Counted from the first letter of the stretch, positions 1 to 11,776 are shown. The stretch: DNA of 64,000 nt from Schizochytrium sp. TIO01 (GCA_004764695.1 SMSO01000004.1:1116001-1180000), one strand, 5' to 3'. Made by a program: numbers and translations. The notes: generated by a model not told the origin, from the letters alone.

Positions 1-1324
1 GTTTTCGGCAGTCGAGCCAGTCAGCCAGCGTCTCGCAAACGGCATCGGCACGGTGGTTGCGATGGCACCACTTTACGAGCCCCGCTGCCTTCGTAGTAGC
101 TGGCTTCGTACCTACCTGCGCACGTGTGCATCTCTTTATTCCACGCCTGCAGTATGAGTGAGCAGGACCCAGGGAGCGCTTGCTTCCTCTTAAAACCTTT
201 CCAAACTTGGGGTAGCGCCCGGAACGCATAGAAGTGACATCTGCCAAGAGTCTCCTGAGCGCGGCTCCTGGGTCCCTTGGGTTTTCATAGGAACAAGAAA
301 AGTTCAACTTGAACCTGCTCAAGAACCAACGCCATGTGGAGAGAAGAGGGAGGGAGCTTGGATACAGCAGAATATTTAACCCGAGATTAAGCCAGGCCAA
401 GGTGCGAAGGTCCCAGAGAGTGATCAACAGTTAGTTACCTCGTATGGACCTGAAAAGTGAGTGCGCAACGCAAGCAACTGCGATTTGCTTGTTGAAAGTT
501 GGACTTTGTAAAAACACACCACTTCTGAGTCTGTGTTTGTGTGTGAATTGCGCAATCGATGGCCAGTCAGCCCGGCTCAGGTTTAAGAGCGAAGTGACAC
601 TGAGCCGTAAACGAAGCACAATCGTACATTCCTTCTTTTCAGGCCTTACGAGGGTGCAAGCAGCGCATTGATTGCTACGTGCGGGTAGCAGCCTCAGCTG
701 CGAGCGGCGTTTTCACGCTCTAACTAAAATGTGGTGCCATTCATTCAATGTAATCTACGAGCTTGATTGGCGTGTCAAAGCGCAGTTTTGGCTGTCCATA
801 TTTTATTGAATTGTGGTGGCAAGTGCTGATGCGAGGCATCAAAACGCCAAGAGTTCCGATTCAAGTAAGGCCTGATCCCGTGGTATATTTATCGTCTGGT
901 CGAGAACTTTCGACAGCGGCCGAAACCATTCGTTAAATCCATCCCTCAGGACCAGCAGAAGTTATGCCTACTCGAGAGTGGACATACCTGCAACTTCGCA
1001 AAGGGCTAACGGTCCCTCTACCTACAGCGGGTGGCGTTCACAAACTCTGGAAACAAACGCTTATGTCAGATTGCACGCGTCCTTGAAAGTTAATTCATTC
1101 CAATCGCCATCTCCTGCATTCTATTTTGAAACAAGCATGAACAAATATCTTGTTGGAACACTTCTTTTTATTGAACTTGGAGTTAGTTTCTTTTCGTCCT
1201 TCTTTCTTTGTTTAAACCTATGACATACAACTTAGTTGAGTACTTTGAAAAAACAAATTAAATTAAAATTCAAAACGAAAACCTTTCTTTGTAATTATTT
1301 ATTTTTAATCTTTTCATTTTAATC

Positions 1325-1360
1325 AAAATAAAATAAAATGAAATGAAATGAAATGAAATA
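1325..1360 (+). repeat. (AAAAT)/(AAATG)n microsatellite
   Basis: aaaataaaataaaatgaaatgaaatgaaatgaaata read directly. Confidence 0.9.
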
Positions 1361-3005
1361 GCTCTTATGGAGGCCCAGAATGAAGAAAAATCTAACCTGT
1401 TCGGAGTTTCCCGCAAAGACGTTGGCAAGAGCGCCGTGAAGCCGTTCGCCATCACGCCAAAAGAGCGCAAGCTATGAGCGGCATCGCTCCTTGCAGGCCT
1501 AAACTTCGCTGTGAACGAGCGTTCCTTGGCACCCGAAGTCCTCCGGCCTCTGCTCCTTTTTCAGGTGCGCTCCTTTTTCAGGAGAGATTCGCTCTGCAAC
1601 CCATTTCCTCATTCTCTCTGTCTCTCTGTAGGAGAAAGCTTGAACTGGGTTCTGCACCGGTTCTGCGTCCGGTATGCCAGCAAGAAGTTTCGTTCCTAGG
1701 AATCTACCTATGTATCCGTATGTGTGAGGAGACGGGTGCGCAATGTCGCGGGCACGATAATCAGGCAACAGTCGAGCTCAATTCTTGAAGATTGACCGAC
1801 TGCAATGAAGAACCAGGCTCCTCAGAGCTCTTCGTGCATCGTGAGCCTGCGCAGCTGCAAGGCCAAGAATGGCCCTTTTCCAGCTCTGTGTCAGCGAACC
1901 GTCGCTTATTTGCATCGCTGCGCGGTGGAAGTCAACGAGTTAGAAGGACTCTGAGTTCAAGATCCATGGTTAGCTAGAGGAGTGTCCTGTTCTTGTTCTT
2001 CTCCGTTTAGAACTACGTACTGTATCTTTTAAACAAGGCTAACGAACTTGGTTTTATACTTCTCTCTACCTCTCTCTAGTAGAGCTAACATGGCATGGCA
2101 ACTTAATTTTAATTTTGGGTTTCAAACTATAGAAACGTTTGAAGGGAAACCATAAAATATCGTTTGATGGAGAGAATTGAAGAACGAAAACAGAAAGGCG
2201 TAGCTGATAATCCAGCTCAAGGACCTTCAACCTTCAAGGTGGCTGGCTTTCTGGAGGCTCAAGTAACGTCGAGCGAACCAAAGCCACCGCAGGGTCCCCA
2301 AATATGAGGCTTTTGACATTGTTCGTGCCCCGAAGGCCTTCGAAAGCGAGGGGAGGAAGAAGAGAGAAAGAAGTTCACGTTGAGGAAAGCTGTTTCTTAT
2401 TTCTTTTCCAGAGAGTCGCCTGGATTTTTTATTTTTTATTTTTTAAGTGAAAAGGTTTTCGATTTTAAAAGGAATTAATTAATACTGATGCTCGGACGAA
2501 GTTGAACCGCGTTTATCATGGCAGAAGAGGCCTCGAAAAGACTTAGTCTGCGAAGCGCGAATGGCCGAAGACCGGCGCCAACGTTGCCTAAATTCCTCTG
2601 GGGAGCTCAGAACAAAGACGACGATGGTTTGATTGTGCTATCTTCTGCCAACTTATGACGAAAACAACTCGAAAAGAGTGACTGACAGGGTACTTACCAG
2701 AAAGCGAACACAAACAAATAACAACTTTCGCTCTTATGTTTAACTTTTAATTTTTAACTTTAAAAATAAAATATAAATATAAGTATATATTAATATGTCA
2801 GTTTTCTTGAAGATAGTTGAAATAAGAATATTAAGACAGAAGTATAGACAGACTTTCCCAGCTCCGCCCCCTCTCCTCCCTCTCTCTCACTCTTTGGTCA
2901 ACTGCGCATCTTCTCTTCTTAGGAAGGTCCTTTAGCAGGCTGGCTTAATCAAACCGCACGCCAAAGCGATACTTACAGCTCATTAGTTTCGCGTGTTGAA
3001 AAAGA

Positions 3006-3006
<1 letters not shown>

Positions 3007-3086
<80 letters not shown>

Positions 3087-3088
3087 AA
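3007..3088 (+). repeat. (AAAG)n microsatellite, about 20 units
   Basis: Direct tandem repeat; accounts for the spurious KERK/FLSF ORFs at 2945-3298. Confidence 0.97.
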
Positions 3089-3387
3089 CCGAAAGAGGAA
3101 AGAGGAAAGAGAGGGAAAAGGCAGATCCTGGCGGAGCACACCCGCGCAAGCACGCCTGAGGCTGTATCTACCAGCCCATCGACAGAGCCATAAATGAGCG
3201 GCGGACGCAAAAGGAGCCCTCACGGCGCGAAGAACGTGGCGAGAACAGCGCCCATTCGGAAGCGTGCTGCACCAATAATCATACATCCAATCCGCCACTC
3301 AAACTCACTCCAGACGCTCGCTCAGAACAGGGACGGATGAGCTCTGTCACAGTGAGCGGCTGAGAAGGGAGAGAGAGGAAGGAGTCG

Positions 3388-3407
3388 GCTAGCTAGCTAG
3401 CTAGCTA
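3388..3407. repeat. (GCTA)5 self-complementary microsatellite
   Basis: gctagctagctagctagcta; shorter copies at about 3458, 3862, 6872 and 9541. Confidence 0.9.
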
Positions 3408-4678
3408 AGTACCTAGCTAACGTCTATTTGATTCAAGAAGATCAAACAGACAGGGATGCTAGCTAGCTATGTTAGAGACCACGTCCCACGGGATGTGTCC
3501 CCTGCCTATACTCTATATATCGAACCCCCCTCGAAGTAGAGAATGCACAGCGCACAAGTAGGTTATACGCGTAAAGTTGACTTTGGACCTAAATTTCTCA
3601 CACAGGCACAAACTACGGAGGGCTGTGGGAAGACTGCTCATCGCCCCTAAAGGACCGCGCGGATTATACCGGGCTTAATATTGTGAATACGCAGGTCTGG
3701 TGGCGTTTGGCACAAAGAACCGCCGGACCAGGAAGCTTCTCCGGGTTTTCGTTTTCGCTCGGAATTTTGTTTATAAATAAATATATATAGGCGTGTTAGG
3801 AGATGAAATGAAATATAACAAAACTTCGGAATCGTGGTCTTAGCGGAGGGTAGGGTAGGGGTAGCTAGCTCTATGGGGAATATATGTTGCGCAGACTTGC
3901 CTTTGGACGCGTCTTCGAGAGCTTACGTGCGATATCTGGTGGCTTAGAGCGGGAATTGAAGGTATCAAGAGAGGCCTCGCAGGTCTTCTGAGTCCCTTTC
4001 ATCGTCGGCTTTGCGCGACGGAGTTTTATTTTTTCAGAAGGTCTCGAAGGCGCGGCGAAATGCAAATCGCGAGAATGCCTACTGTCTCTGCAACGCCAGC
4101 TTAATTGCCAATTAGATAGGAGGCACCTAACGAACCCCTCCCATTTAAAGTGTTCCTATAAGTTTTAGTTGGTTTTATAACATGAAGAAAGAATCAATTC
4201 TGTTTCCTGTTTAGTGTTTTTTTCTTCTCTTGTTTCTATGATGACATTATATGTATATTTAAAATTTTAAAAATATAAAGTATAAAATAAAGTAAAATAG
4301 AATATTTGATAGAGACAGCCGGATAGTCTGACGGTAGTTAAAGATTAGTAGTCTTAACTAGTATCGATCGAGGAGGATTCCAATTTGAAAAAAATAATAA
4401 AAAAATTAATTGATTGAGAAAGAATTTCTTGCGTAGTAGCCTGATTATTACATAAAACTCTAAGTTAGGAAATAGATAGGACGCTGAGAAGGACCAGTAT
4501 GAGAAAGGACAGGATGGACGAAGGAGATGAAGATCGAGGCAGCAGTTCCCAATCTCTCGATCGCTCAACCGCCGAGTTTAGTTGGACGTGCTGAGGCTCA
4601 AGCAGACGCCAGCGCGAGATAAACAAGCAAACAAGCAATCAAACAAATAAACGAACGAAGCGACGAGAAGTCTCGTGG

Positions 4679-6322
4679 ATGTTGACCGGATCAGCAGCTG
4701 CTACGCGGCGCCTCTCTCCCCGTGTTGTTGGATCTCTTAGATCGGGATCCGTCAGAGCCATGTCAACCAACTGGGACGCTGCCAAGGCCCTCGAGGCGTT
4801 TGGATTGAGCTCCACAGAAGTGAACTCTGGTGTCTTTGACGGAGAATCGTGGAAGGCCAACGGCCCTATCCACGAGGCCCTGAACCCGTCCACGGGCGAG
4901 GTTCTGGCCAAGGTCCAGTGGGGCACCAAGGAAGACTATGAGCGCTGCGCGGCGAACGCCGTGGCGGCTCAGAAGGAGTGGCAGCTACTCCCGGCACCTC
5001 AGCGTGGCGAGATCGTGCGCCAGATCGGCAATGCGCTGATTGAGAAGCGCGATGCCATGGGCGCCCTCCTTTCGCTTGAGATGGGCAAGATCCATGCTGA
5101 AGGCAAAGGTGAGGTGCAGGAATTCATTGACATTTGCTTCATCGCATGTGGATTGTCAAGGTCAATTCCTGGACAGATTGTACCCTCTGAGCGTACCGAG
5201 CACGCTCTCATGGAGATCTGGAAGCCCCTCGGAACGCTCGGCATTATCACTGCCTTCAACTTCCCCCACGCAGTCTGGGGCTGGAACTCCGCCGTCTCTC
5301 TCATGTGCGGTAACACGCAGATTGTGAAGGGCGCAGAATCTGCATCCCTGGTCACAATTGCCACACAAAAGGTTGTCAGCGATGTCCTTGCCGCTAACGG
5401 CGTCAACGGAGGTGTTGCCACGCTCTGCCAGGGCGAGGGTGCCATCGTGGGTGATGCAATGTGCCGCGACAAGCGTGTTGACCTTCTCTCCTTCACAGGC
5501 TCCACTAAGACTGGTAAGATGGCACAGCAGCTCGTTCACGAGCGCTCTGGCCAGACTATCATGGAACTTGGAGGCAACAATGCCATTCTCGTTATGCCCA
5601 GTGCTGACATCGAGCTCGCACTCCGCTCTTCCGTCTTTGCCGCAGCCGGTACTTGTGGACAGCGTTGCACTTCTCTTCGCCGCCTTTTGGTGCACGAGGA
5701 TATCTACGATAAGCTCAAGCCCCGTCTTGTTGACGCTTACAAGAAGCTTCGTTACGGCAACCCGCTCGACCCTAAGACCTTGGTTGGACCTATTCACAAC
5801 AAGGCTGGCATTGAGCTCTTTGAGCGCACTGTTGCTGATGCCAAGGCCCAGGGTGGAAACCTCTTGGTTGGTGGCGGTCGCCCCGATGCCTCCGAGCTCC
5901 CAAGTGCGGATCTTGCCAACGGCAACTTCGTGCAGCCTACCATCTTTGAGATCGACCCGCAAGCAGAGATTGTCCAGGAGGAGCGCTTCGTCCCTGTTCT
6001 CTACTTGTGCAAGGTTAAGAGCTTCGAGGAGGCAATCGACATCAACAACCAGGTCGAGCAGGGTCTCTCAGCCTCTCTCTTCTCCACTGATATGCGCGAG
6101 GTCTTTCACTGGCTCGGACCTGCTGGCGCCAAGCAGGGTATTGTGAACTCCAACACCAGCTGCAGCGGTGCAGAGTGTGGTCTTGCCTTTGGTGGTAACG
6201 GCACTACCGGTTGGGGCCGTGAGTGCGGTAGCGATGCCTGGAAGCAGTACATGCGCCGCTCCTCATGCGCAATCAACTTTGGCAAGACTCTTCCTCTTGC
6301 CCAGGGCATTGACTTTTCCTAA
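4679..6322 (+). CDS. ALDH7A1: Aldehyde dehydrogenase family 7 (antiquitin / alpha-aminoadipic semialdehyde dehydrogenase)
   Basis: PAPQRGEIVRQIG, GEVQEFIDIC, TAFNFP, FTGSTKTG, ELGGNNA (catalytic Glu), GTCGQRCT (catalytic Cys) and the family-typical C-terminus GSDAWKQYMRRS...LPLAQGI. The R/S-rich N-terminal 27 aa resemble a mitochondrial presequence. Confidence 0.95.
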   Translation: MLTGSAAATRRLSPRVVGSLRSGSVRAMSTNWDAAKALEAFGLSSTEVNSGVFDGESWKANGPIHEALNPSTGEVLAKVQWGTKEDYERCAANAVAAQKEWQLLPAPQRGEIVRQIGNALIEKRDAMGALLSLEMGKIHAEGKGEVQEFIDICFIACGLSRSIPGQIVPSERTEHALMEIWKPLGTLGIITAFNFPHAVWGWNSAVSLMCGNTQIVKGAESASLVTIATQKVVSDVLAANGVNGGVATLCQGEGAIVGDAMCRDKRVDLLSFTGSTKTGKMAQQLVHERSGQTIMELGGNNAILVMPSADIELALRSSVFAAAGTCGQRCTSLRRLLVHEDIYDKLKPRLVDAYKKLRYGNPLDPKTLVGPIHNKAGIELFERTVADAKAQGGNLLVGGGRPDASELPSADLANGNFVQPTIFEIDPQAEIVQEERFVPVLYLCKVKSFEEAIDINNQVEQGLSASLFSTDMREVFHWLGPAGAKQGIVNSNTSCSGAECGLAFGGNGTTGWGRECGSDAWKQYMRRSSCAINFGKTLPLAQGIDFS

Positions 6323-7192
6323 TTTACTTCTTTGCAAATTAGATAGTTAGTGTTCAAAGTTTCTTCAACAGACTTGTTTCACATATGCCTTTCAATATTC
6401 GGCTCCAGTAGTCGACCTCATTAGCCTTTGCAGCGTCCTTTGCAATGGGGAGGTGGGCACCATGGCAATGCAACTATGACCTACTTCCTCTCTGATGCTT
6501 AGGTCTTCACCCACACCCTTTTTATACATTCAGGAGATATTTTTTTGGTAACAATTTTGTATACCCGCTTAGCTACAAATAAGTATTCGCAAAGCTTTCT
6601 TTACTAGGAATTTGCACATTCAAAGATTTTTTTAAAAAAAAGTTCTCTATTCTTTTGACTTCTTCGCAGCTAAATCCTGCAGTTGTTTTCCTGGTACCTG
6701 TATCCTGCTTTGCGAAATAAAACCACAAAATACGATTTTATTTGGTTAAGTCCATCGAAGAGTAGTGTAATCTATCTTAATAGGATTCCAGTGGAAACTA
6801 GCAATTATTTATGAATTTTAGTTCATGTCACCATATTGAAGTAGAAGCTTTTTGAGATGTAATATTTAAAGGCTAGCTAGCACATGATTCTATATCATGT
6901 GCCTTGAATTTCTATCTATTTCCCATCTCAACAATACCTAGAATCGGTTTGCAATAAGAACTCGGGGGTCATTTGAATAGAATGTTAACGTAGGTAGTTG
7001 CATGGAAAGAACAAAAAAATGTATTCGTGGAATAATTTCTCATCTCGCTAAAAACGCTATTAAGGTGGGGGTAGCATCACTGCCACTATCTAGTAGGCCT
7101 ACAACTACTTAAAGTTTCAGGATACCTACACACGAAAGCTACTAGAAGGCAGTTTTGGTTTGATTTGGTTTGGTTTATTCAGGTTTATTTCT

Positions 7193-9193
7193 CTAATGAT
7201 CTCGACGAGAACGCTTGCGTCCCGGTGCACCGTTATTGCCAAGATCCATTTTGCGCTTCGCTGCTGCTACAACATCATTGTCGTCAATTTCTTTTTCCCT
7301 CTCTTGAGTGCAACGCCGACAGTAGATGTACTGGCCAGTGACAGGGTCGCGAGCACACTTGCGATCCGAAGGGGTCATGTGGGGAGGCTGCGACAAGGGC
7401 TCAGGTAAGTTCCACCAGGATGGCCCATGTTCAAACCTTTTGGCCATCTTTATGGACATAACTTGAAGGTAATCAAGAATGGAATCCTTCGTGAGACAGC
7501 GCTGGTATTTTTGTCTAGCGTTCTCCGCAATTTGTTTACAGGCCTCATCATTCTCGCGACACCACATAATTTGCTCGCGCAAGTTAGACAAGTCCGCCTT
7601 GACAGGCACGTGGTCAGCACCAAAAACACCGGCGCCGACAGAAGTTCCGTCAAAAGGCTTGAGAAGAGGGAAGAACCACATTTCAGATGCCTCACACTGC
7701 GACTCTACCTTGAGGATAACACTGCCCAGACGCATCAGGAACGAGTACCGGTTGGCCGCGCAGTGACCCTCAACGTAAAGAATATACTTGTACCTTCCCT
7801 GCTTGTACATGTCTACGAAATTGACGCCCGGCACGCCAAGCTCATCCTTACGAGTGAAGCGCATTGGTTCACCGAAAAGTTTTTTATCACGAACGTTTTC
7901 CTTAATAAATCCAGCATCAAGAAGCGGTTCGCCAGGACCGTTAGTGCCCTCAAGATTCCACTCGCGGCAGATCTTGGCGAGGTGGATACGCTGATTGTTC
8001 TCTGGCTTAGTTCCTCCGCCAGTGGCATTACCGCGGAAGAAGCAGGTGTTTGACTTCTTATTCCAGTCTGTGTGAAACTTATCAAAGTTATCCTTCAAGA
8101 ACATGTCACCTGGCTTACGAAGGTCCCTACTGCGGCCATCCGGGATGAACGAAGACGGAAAGACGCGGCCTATCGCAGACGCCCAATCTTCCGTAGTAGG
8201 TACCGGCAGATCCGCGAAGTTCGGGCTACAATAGAAAGAAAGTATAGGTGCGTAGTTGGAGTATTTCTCGCGCTCAAGATCTTTGTCCTTCTCGTCAAAG
8301 CAAAAGTCATACGCCTCCGTGAGGTTTGCCTTGAGCTGCGGATAATCACGCTTATTAAAGAAAAACTCACAATCCGGAACACAACGCTCCTTGCACAGCG
8401 TCTCTAGCATGTGCTTAAATGGTGCCAGCAAGTTGTCGCCCCACACCTGCGAGTGTCTCTCGCCTGGTCTGCTCTCCTCATTGCAAATGATGTTTCCGTT
8501 TGCCCACCATCTCTCCACTGGCAAAATATTCTCCTCCCGGTAGTATCTGCCCTTCAGACGGAAGTAGTCTTCTAAAGGAGAAGGGTCAGACGTCAGGTAC
8601 TTGCTCCAGTTGTTCTGATAGTCGCGGTTCACAAAGGGCACAAACATGCGCAACTGATTGTCCTCAATGAGAACAAAGACGCCGCAGCGCATGTGGTTGA
8701 AGAGATAGCTAAGTGTATTGAGCGAAGATGCACGGTTCACTCGCGCGTGGAAGGGTAGAGAGAGCCGCTGCTCCAACTCCGCCACAACAGGCTTGAACTC
8801 AAAGTTCTCAGCGACACGATTCTGACGCTCGGCCTCGAAAGTCGTACGGCCGTCCTCTGAGGTATCAGAAGACGAAGAAGAAGGCCGCGAAGGAGGGTTC
8901 GCACGATGTAAGTAATACGACTCACCCTCGGAATGCATCCGCTGAGGACGGTGCAGTCGAAGCTCGCGAAGCAGGTAGTCGCTAACCTGAGACCAATCTA
9001 CCGCGTGAGTAAAAATGTGACGCAGATTTGGGTCAGCGGGGTTCGAACCGTAACGAGCGTTCTCCTTCATCCAACGGAGACACTCGGTAACAGAGTCAAA
9101 GGTGGGAACGCCATCGCGAAAAGTCTCTAAGTGCTCCTTCTCGGGAGCGTGGATGCCGCGCAGATAAGCGCCAGAGCCAGAGCCGTCCGCCAT
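7193..9193 (-). CDS. Glycosyltransferase family 90 (CAP10/POGLUT-like) protein with no signal peptide
   Basis: PDCEFFFNKRDYP, FADLPVPT, WNKKSNTCFFRGNATG, LLDAG, YKYILYVEGHCAANRYSFLMRLGSVILK and HVPVKADLSNL..I.WCREND..CKQIAENA are GT90 hallmarks. ATG in GCCATGG context. Confidence 0.85.
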   Translation of the reverse strand: MADGSGSGAYLRGIHAPEKEHLETFRDGVPTFDSVTECLRWMKENARYGSNPADPNLRHIFTHAVDWSQVSDYLLRELRLHRPQRMHSEGESYYLHRANPPSRPSSSSSDTSEDGRTTFEAERQNRVAENFEFKPVVAELEQRLSLPFHARVNRASSLNTLSYLFNHMRCGVFVLIEDNQLRMFVPFVNRDYQNNWSKYLTSDPSPLEDYFRLKGRYYREENILPVERWWANGNIICNEESRPGERHSQVWGDNLLAPFKHMLETLCKERCVPDCEFFFNKRDYPQLKANLTEAYDFCFDEKDKDLEREKYSNYAPILSFYCSPNFADLPVPTTEDWASAIGRVFPSSFIPDGRSRDLRKPGDMFLKDNFDKFHTDWNKKSNTCFFRGNATGGGTKPENNQRIHLAKICREWNLEGTNGPGEPLLDAGFIKENVRDKKLFGEPMRFTRKDELGVPGVNFVDMYKQGRYKYILYVEGHCAANRYSFLMRLGSVILKVESQCEASEMWFFPLLKPFDGTSVGAGVFGADHVPVKADLSNLREQIMWCRENDEACKQIAENARQKYQRCLTKDSILDYLQVMSIKMAKRFEHGPSWWNLPEPLSQPPHMTPSDRKCARDPVTGQYIYCRRCTQEREKEIDDNDVVAAAKRKMDLGNNGAPGRKRSRRDH

Positions 9194-9364
9194 GAAGGTT
9201 TAGGAGGAGAAAAGAAGGCGAGGAGGAAGGTGCGGTGAAGGGGAACGATTGAAAGGGGGCACAAACCAACGACGGAAGAGACCAGCAACGCGGGAGCACC
9301 GCACCTACCCTGCCGCCCGCAGAGAAGGGACTGAAACGGTGGCCAAGACCAAGGATTGAAAAGC

Positions 9365-9393
9365 AACAAAACAAAACAAAACAAAACAAAACA
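9365..9393 (+). repeat. (AAAAC)5 microsatellite in the divergent GT90/RtcA intergenic region
   Basis: Direct read. Confidence 0.9.
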
Positions 9394-9948
9394 GTTGAGA
9401 ATTTTAGACCAATTAATGGACTCTATTTATTATTGTTCAATATTATTTAGCTTAGGACTCTGAAATCCTTGCTTCAGATCATCAATTGTAGCATGGATAC
9501 GTAGTTTAATAAAAAATTCTCAAGATCAAACTGCCAGAAGGCTAGCTACATTTGAACTCCACTAAGGGATTTGACAATTCTCTTCATTCTCTTCATTTTT
9601 CATGTAAGTAATTACAAACGAACAAACACATAACAAGGACCAGATCCAGAACTACCATGGAACATTAGCGGATCGTTCGACAGCGAGGTCCACGAGAGCG
9701 ATTGGAATGGCAGACCGAGGCAACAAAACTGCATTGCACAATATCAAGAGCGCCAATCACGAGGAAAAGCACCTGACGTGGGGGGAGTAGAGCAAGGGCC
9801 TCGCATAGGAGAAAACACCCTCTCCGTGAAAAGGAAGGGGATTTTAGGAACGAGTCAGCGAGTTTCGACCTAAGTATCTGTTTTGGGAGCTTGGCTTTCA
9901 CCAACCCAAACTGCAAACCAAAATCCTGTAAGGAGGCATATTACAAGT

Positions 9949-11127
9949 ATGCAAAAAATTCCAGCAGGGACTGGGATTGGAGAGAATATCGTCATGAAGA
10001 TATTGGATGGAAGCGTGCTGGAAGGTGGAGGCCAGATTCTGAGAAACGCAGCAGCACTGTCAGCTATAACAGGACAGATTGTCCGTGTGGAGAATGTTAG
10101 AGGAAAACGCTCACGACCGGGCCTCAGACCGCAGCACAAGACAGGTCTTGACAAGGTTGCAGAGGCGTGTGGCGGGCAGCTCATAGGATGCGAAATCGAC
10201 TCCACAAGCGTTCAACTTTACCCAGGTAAGCTTCATCAGAATACTGGAGATATCATCGCAGACATTGGTACGGCAGGAAGCTGTGCACTGATTGCCCAAG
10301 CAGTCGTCCCTTGCCTGTTGATGGCTGGTGGCCATAGCCACATCATTTGCAAAGGAGGCACGGATGCAGCCGCAGCACCTCCAGCAGACTTTCTTCTACA
10401 CATTCTTCAGCCCTACTTTGATCGTATTGGACTCGATGACGTTAATTTCACATTAAAGAAACGAGGTTTTTTTCCCAAGGGAGGCGGTGAGCTTACTGTG
10501 TCTATAAAATCACCAAGGGGTGGTGCCTCCTTAGATTCGTTTCAGCTCACTAATCGTGGTGAACTCACGCACATCGAAGCAAAGATTTGGACCGCTGGAA
10601 AATGCGGTAGAGGCATGGGCAGAGCCATCTGGCAATCGGCGTCTAAAACTCTTTCCCAGGCGCCTTCCGCTATTGCCAGTTTACCTCAGACTACCTCTAT
10701 AGTGAAACTTGATGAAAATGAGGCTGTGGGTTCTAGTGCTGGAGTACTTCTCATTGCCCATACTTCGCAAGGCTACCGTCTTAGCGCATCCTCACAATTA
10801 GACAGGAAACGAGGCCCAGAAGAGGTTGGAACCCTCGCAGCACAAGCTCTACTTACAGAGCTTGAACATGGTGGATGCGTTGACGAATATGTTCAAGACC
10901 AATTAATTATTTTCATGGCCCTCGCAGCTGGTGTATCTGTTGTACAGTGCGGACCAATTTCACTTCACACCAAAACTGCAATGTGGGTAGCGTCTGAAAT
11001 CCTTGGCGTTGATTTTTCTATTGCTGAGGGTGATGAAAACGTTCCATTCAACACGATCACCTGTCGGGGCGCTGGCGTCATTGTTCCTGTGTCTCCGATT
11101 GATGACAACGACTCGGAGGATGCGTAA
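9949..11127 (+). CDS. RTCA: RNA 3'-terminal phosphate cyclase
   Basis: DGSVLEGGGQILR, RPGLRPQH, GTAGS, GGTD, RGFFPKGGG, VDEYVQDQLIIFMALA and SLHTKT (catalytic His region). First ATG is at 9949 (alternative 9994); the track start at 9883 is a TTG. Confidence 0.93.
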   Translation: MQKIPAGTGIGENIVMKILDGSVLEGGGQILRNAAALSAITGQIVRVENVRGKRSRPGLRPQHKTGLDKVAEACGGQLIGCEIDSTSVQLYPGKLHQNTGDIIADIGTAGSCALIAQAVVPCLLMAGGHSHIICKGGTDAAAAPPADFLLHILQPYFDRIGLDDVNFTLKKRGFFPKGGGELTVSIKSPRGGASLDSFQLTNRGELTHIEAKIWTAGKCGRGMGRAIWQSASKTLSQAPSAIASLPQTTSIVKLDENEAVGSSAGVLLIAHTSQGYRLSASSQLDRKRGPEEVGTLAAQALLTELEHGGCVDEYVQDQLIIFMALAAGVSVVQCGPISLHTKTAMWVASEILGVDFSIAEGDENVPFNTITCRGAGVIVPVSPIDDNDSEDA

Positions 11128-11776
11128 GCTCGTTCGTCTTTTGCCACTTCCCTTTTTTCTTTTTTCTCTTTCAATAGATTATATCATTTGAAAGAATTCA
11201 CTGAACAATAATCAAGCGCGCACTGAATAAAACATCGTCAATCATAAGCTTAGCTCTGAGCTCTCCATTTCCCCGCTATCTCTAGCTAGAGAATCAGCAA
11301 GCTAAATCTTTCTTGAAGGCTAGCGACTTATCAAATAACGATATAATTGCTTTTCTTTGGTATTTCATTTCAAACTATGTAGCAAATAAACCAACTACGC
11401 TTTTGCTTCAGATGACTCTGCAGCGTGACATCTCTCTACTAAACCCTGACTAAATCATTCTTAAAACTCTGATCTTGCTTCATAACCTTGCAGAAGGTTG
11501 TCGAGAAGGACGGGACTATCCGCGGTGTGCAGAACCCAAAATGGTCATCTCAACGTTTCTTTTTTTTCTTTTTTGTCCCTACTATTGTGAATTAAGAAAG
11601 AGAGTACCATGCACTATATACTTCGCTGCTGGAACTAATCAACAATCCATATTTTCGATTGTGCTCTTCTGCACTCGGGCGGCCTAGAAACATAGTCGCA
11701 ACGCTCGAGTCTACACTGTTCTTTATTTCTATTCGTGGAGCTCACTAGTGTGTGCAAAGTCGCTTTGCATGGCAAG

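Noticed and set aside
2945-3298. ORFs with KERK/FLSF repeats (also 56893-57270)
   Set aside because: Translations of (AAAG)n microsatellites
3845-3862. GGAGGGTAGGGTAGGGG, possible G-quadruplex or telomere-like seed
   Set aside because: Only three G3 runs and not a TTAGGG array
1-4600. Short ORFs in the first 4.6 kb
   Set aside because: No motifs, mostly non-ATG starts; no tRNA, snRNA or terminal-repeat structure recognised
4999-6146. Long antisense and alternate-frame ORFs (168, 266, 262 aa) over ALDH7
   Set aside because: Expected by-product of strong codon bias in the real gene; no motifs
6880-6902. Perfect 9-bp hairpin GCACATGAT-N5-ATCATGTGC between convergent genes
   Set aside because: One or two such hairpins are expected by chance in 64 kb, and intrinsic terminators are not relevant to Pol II genes
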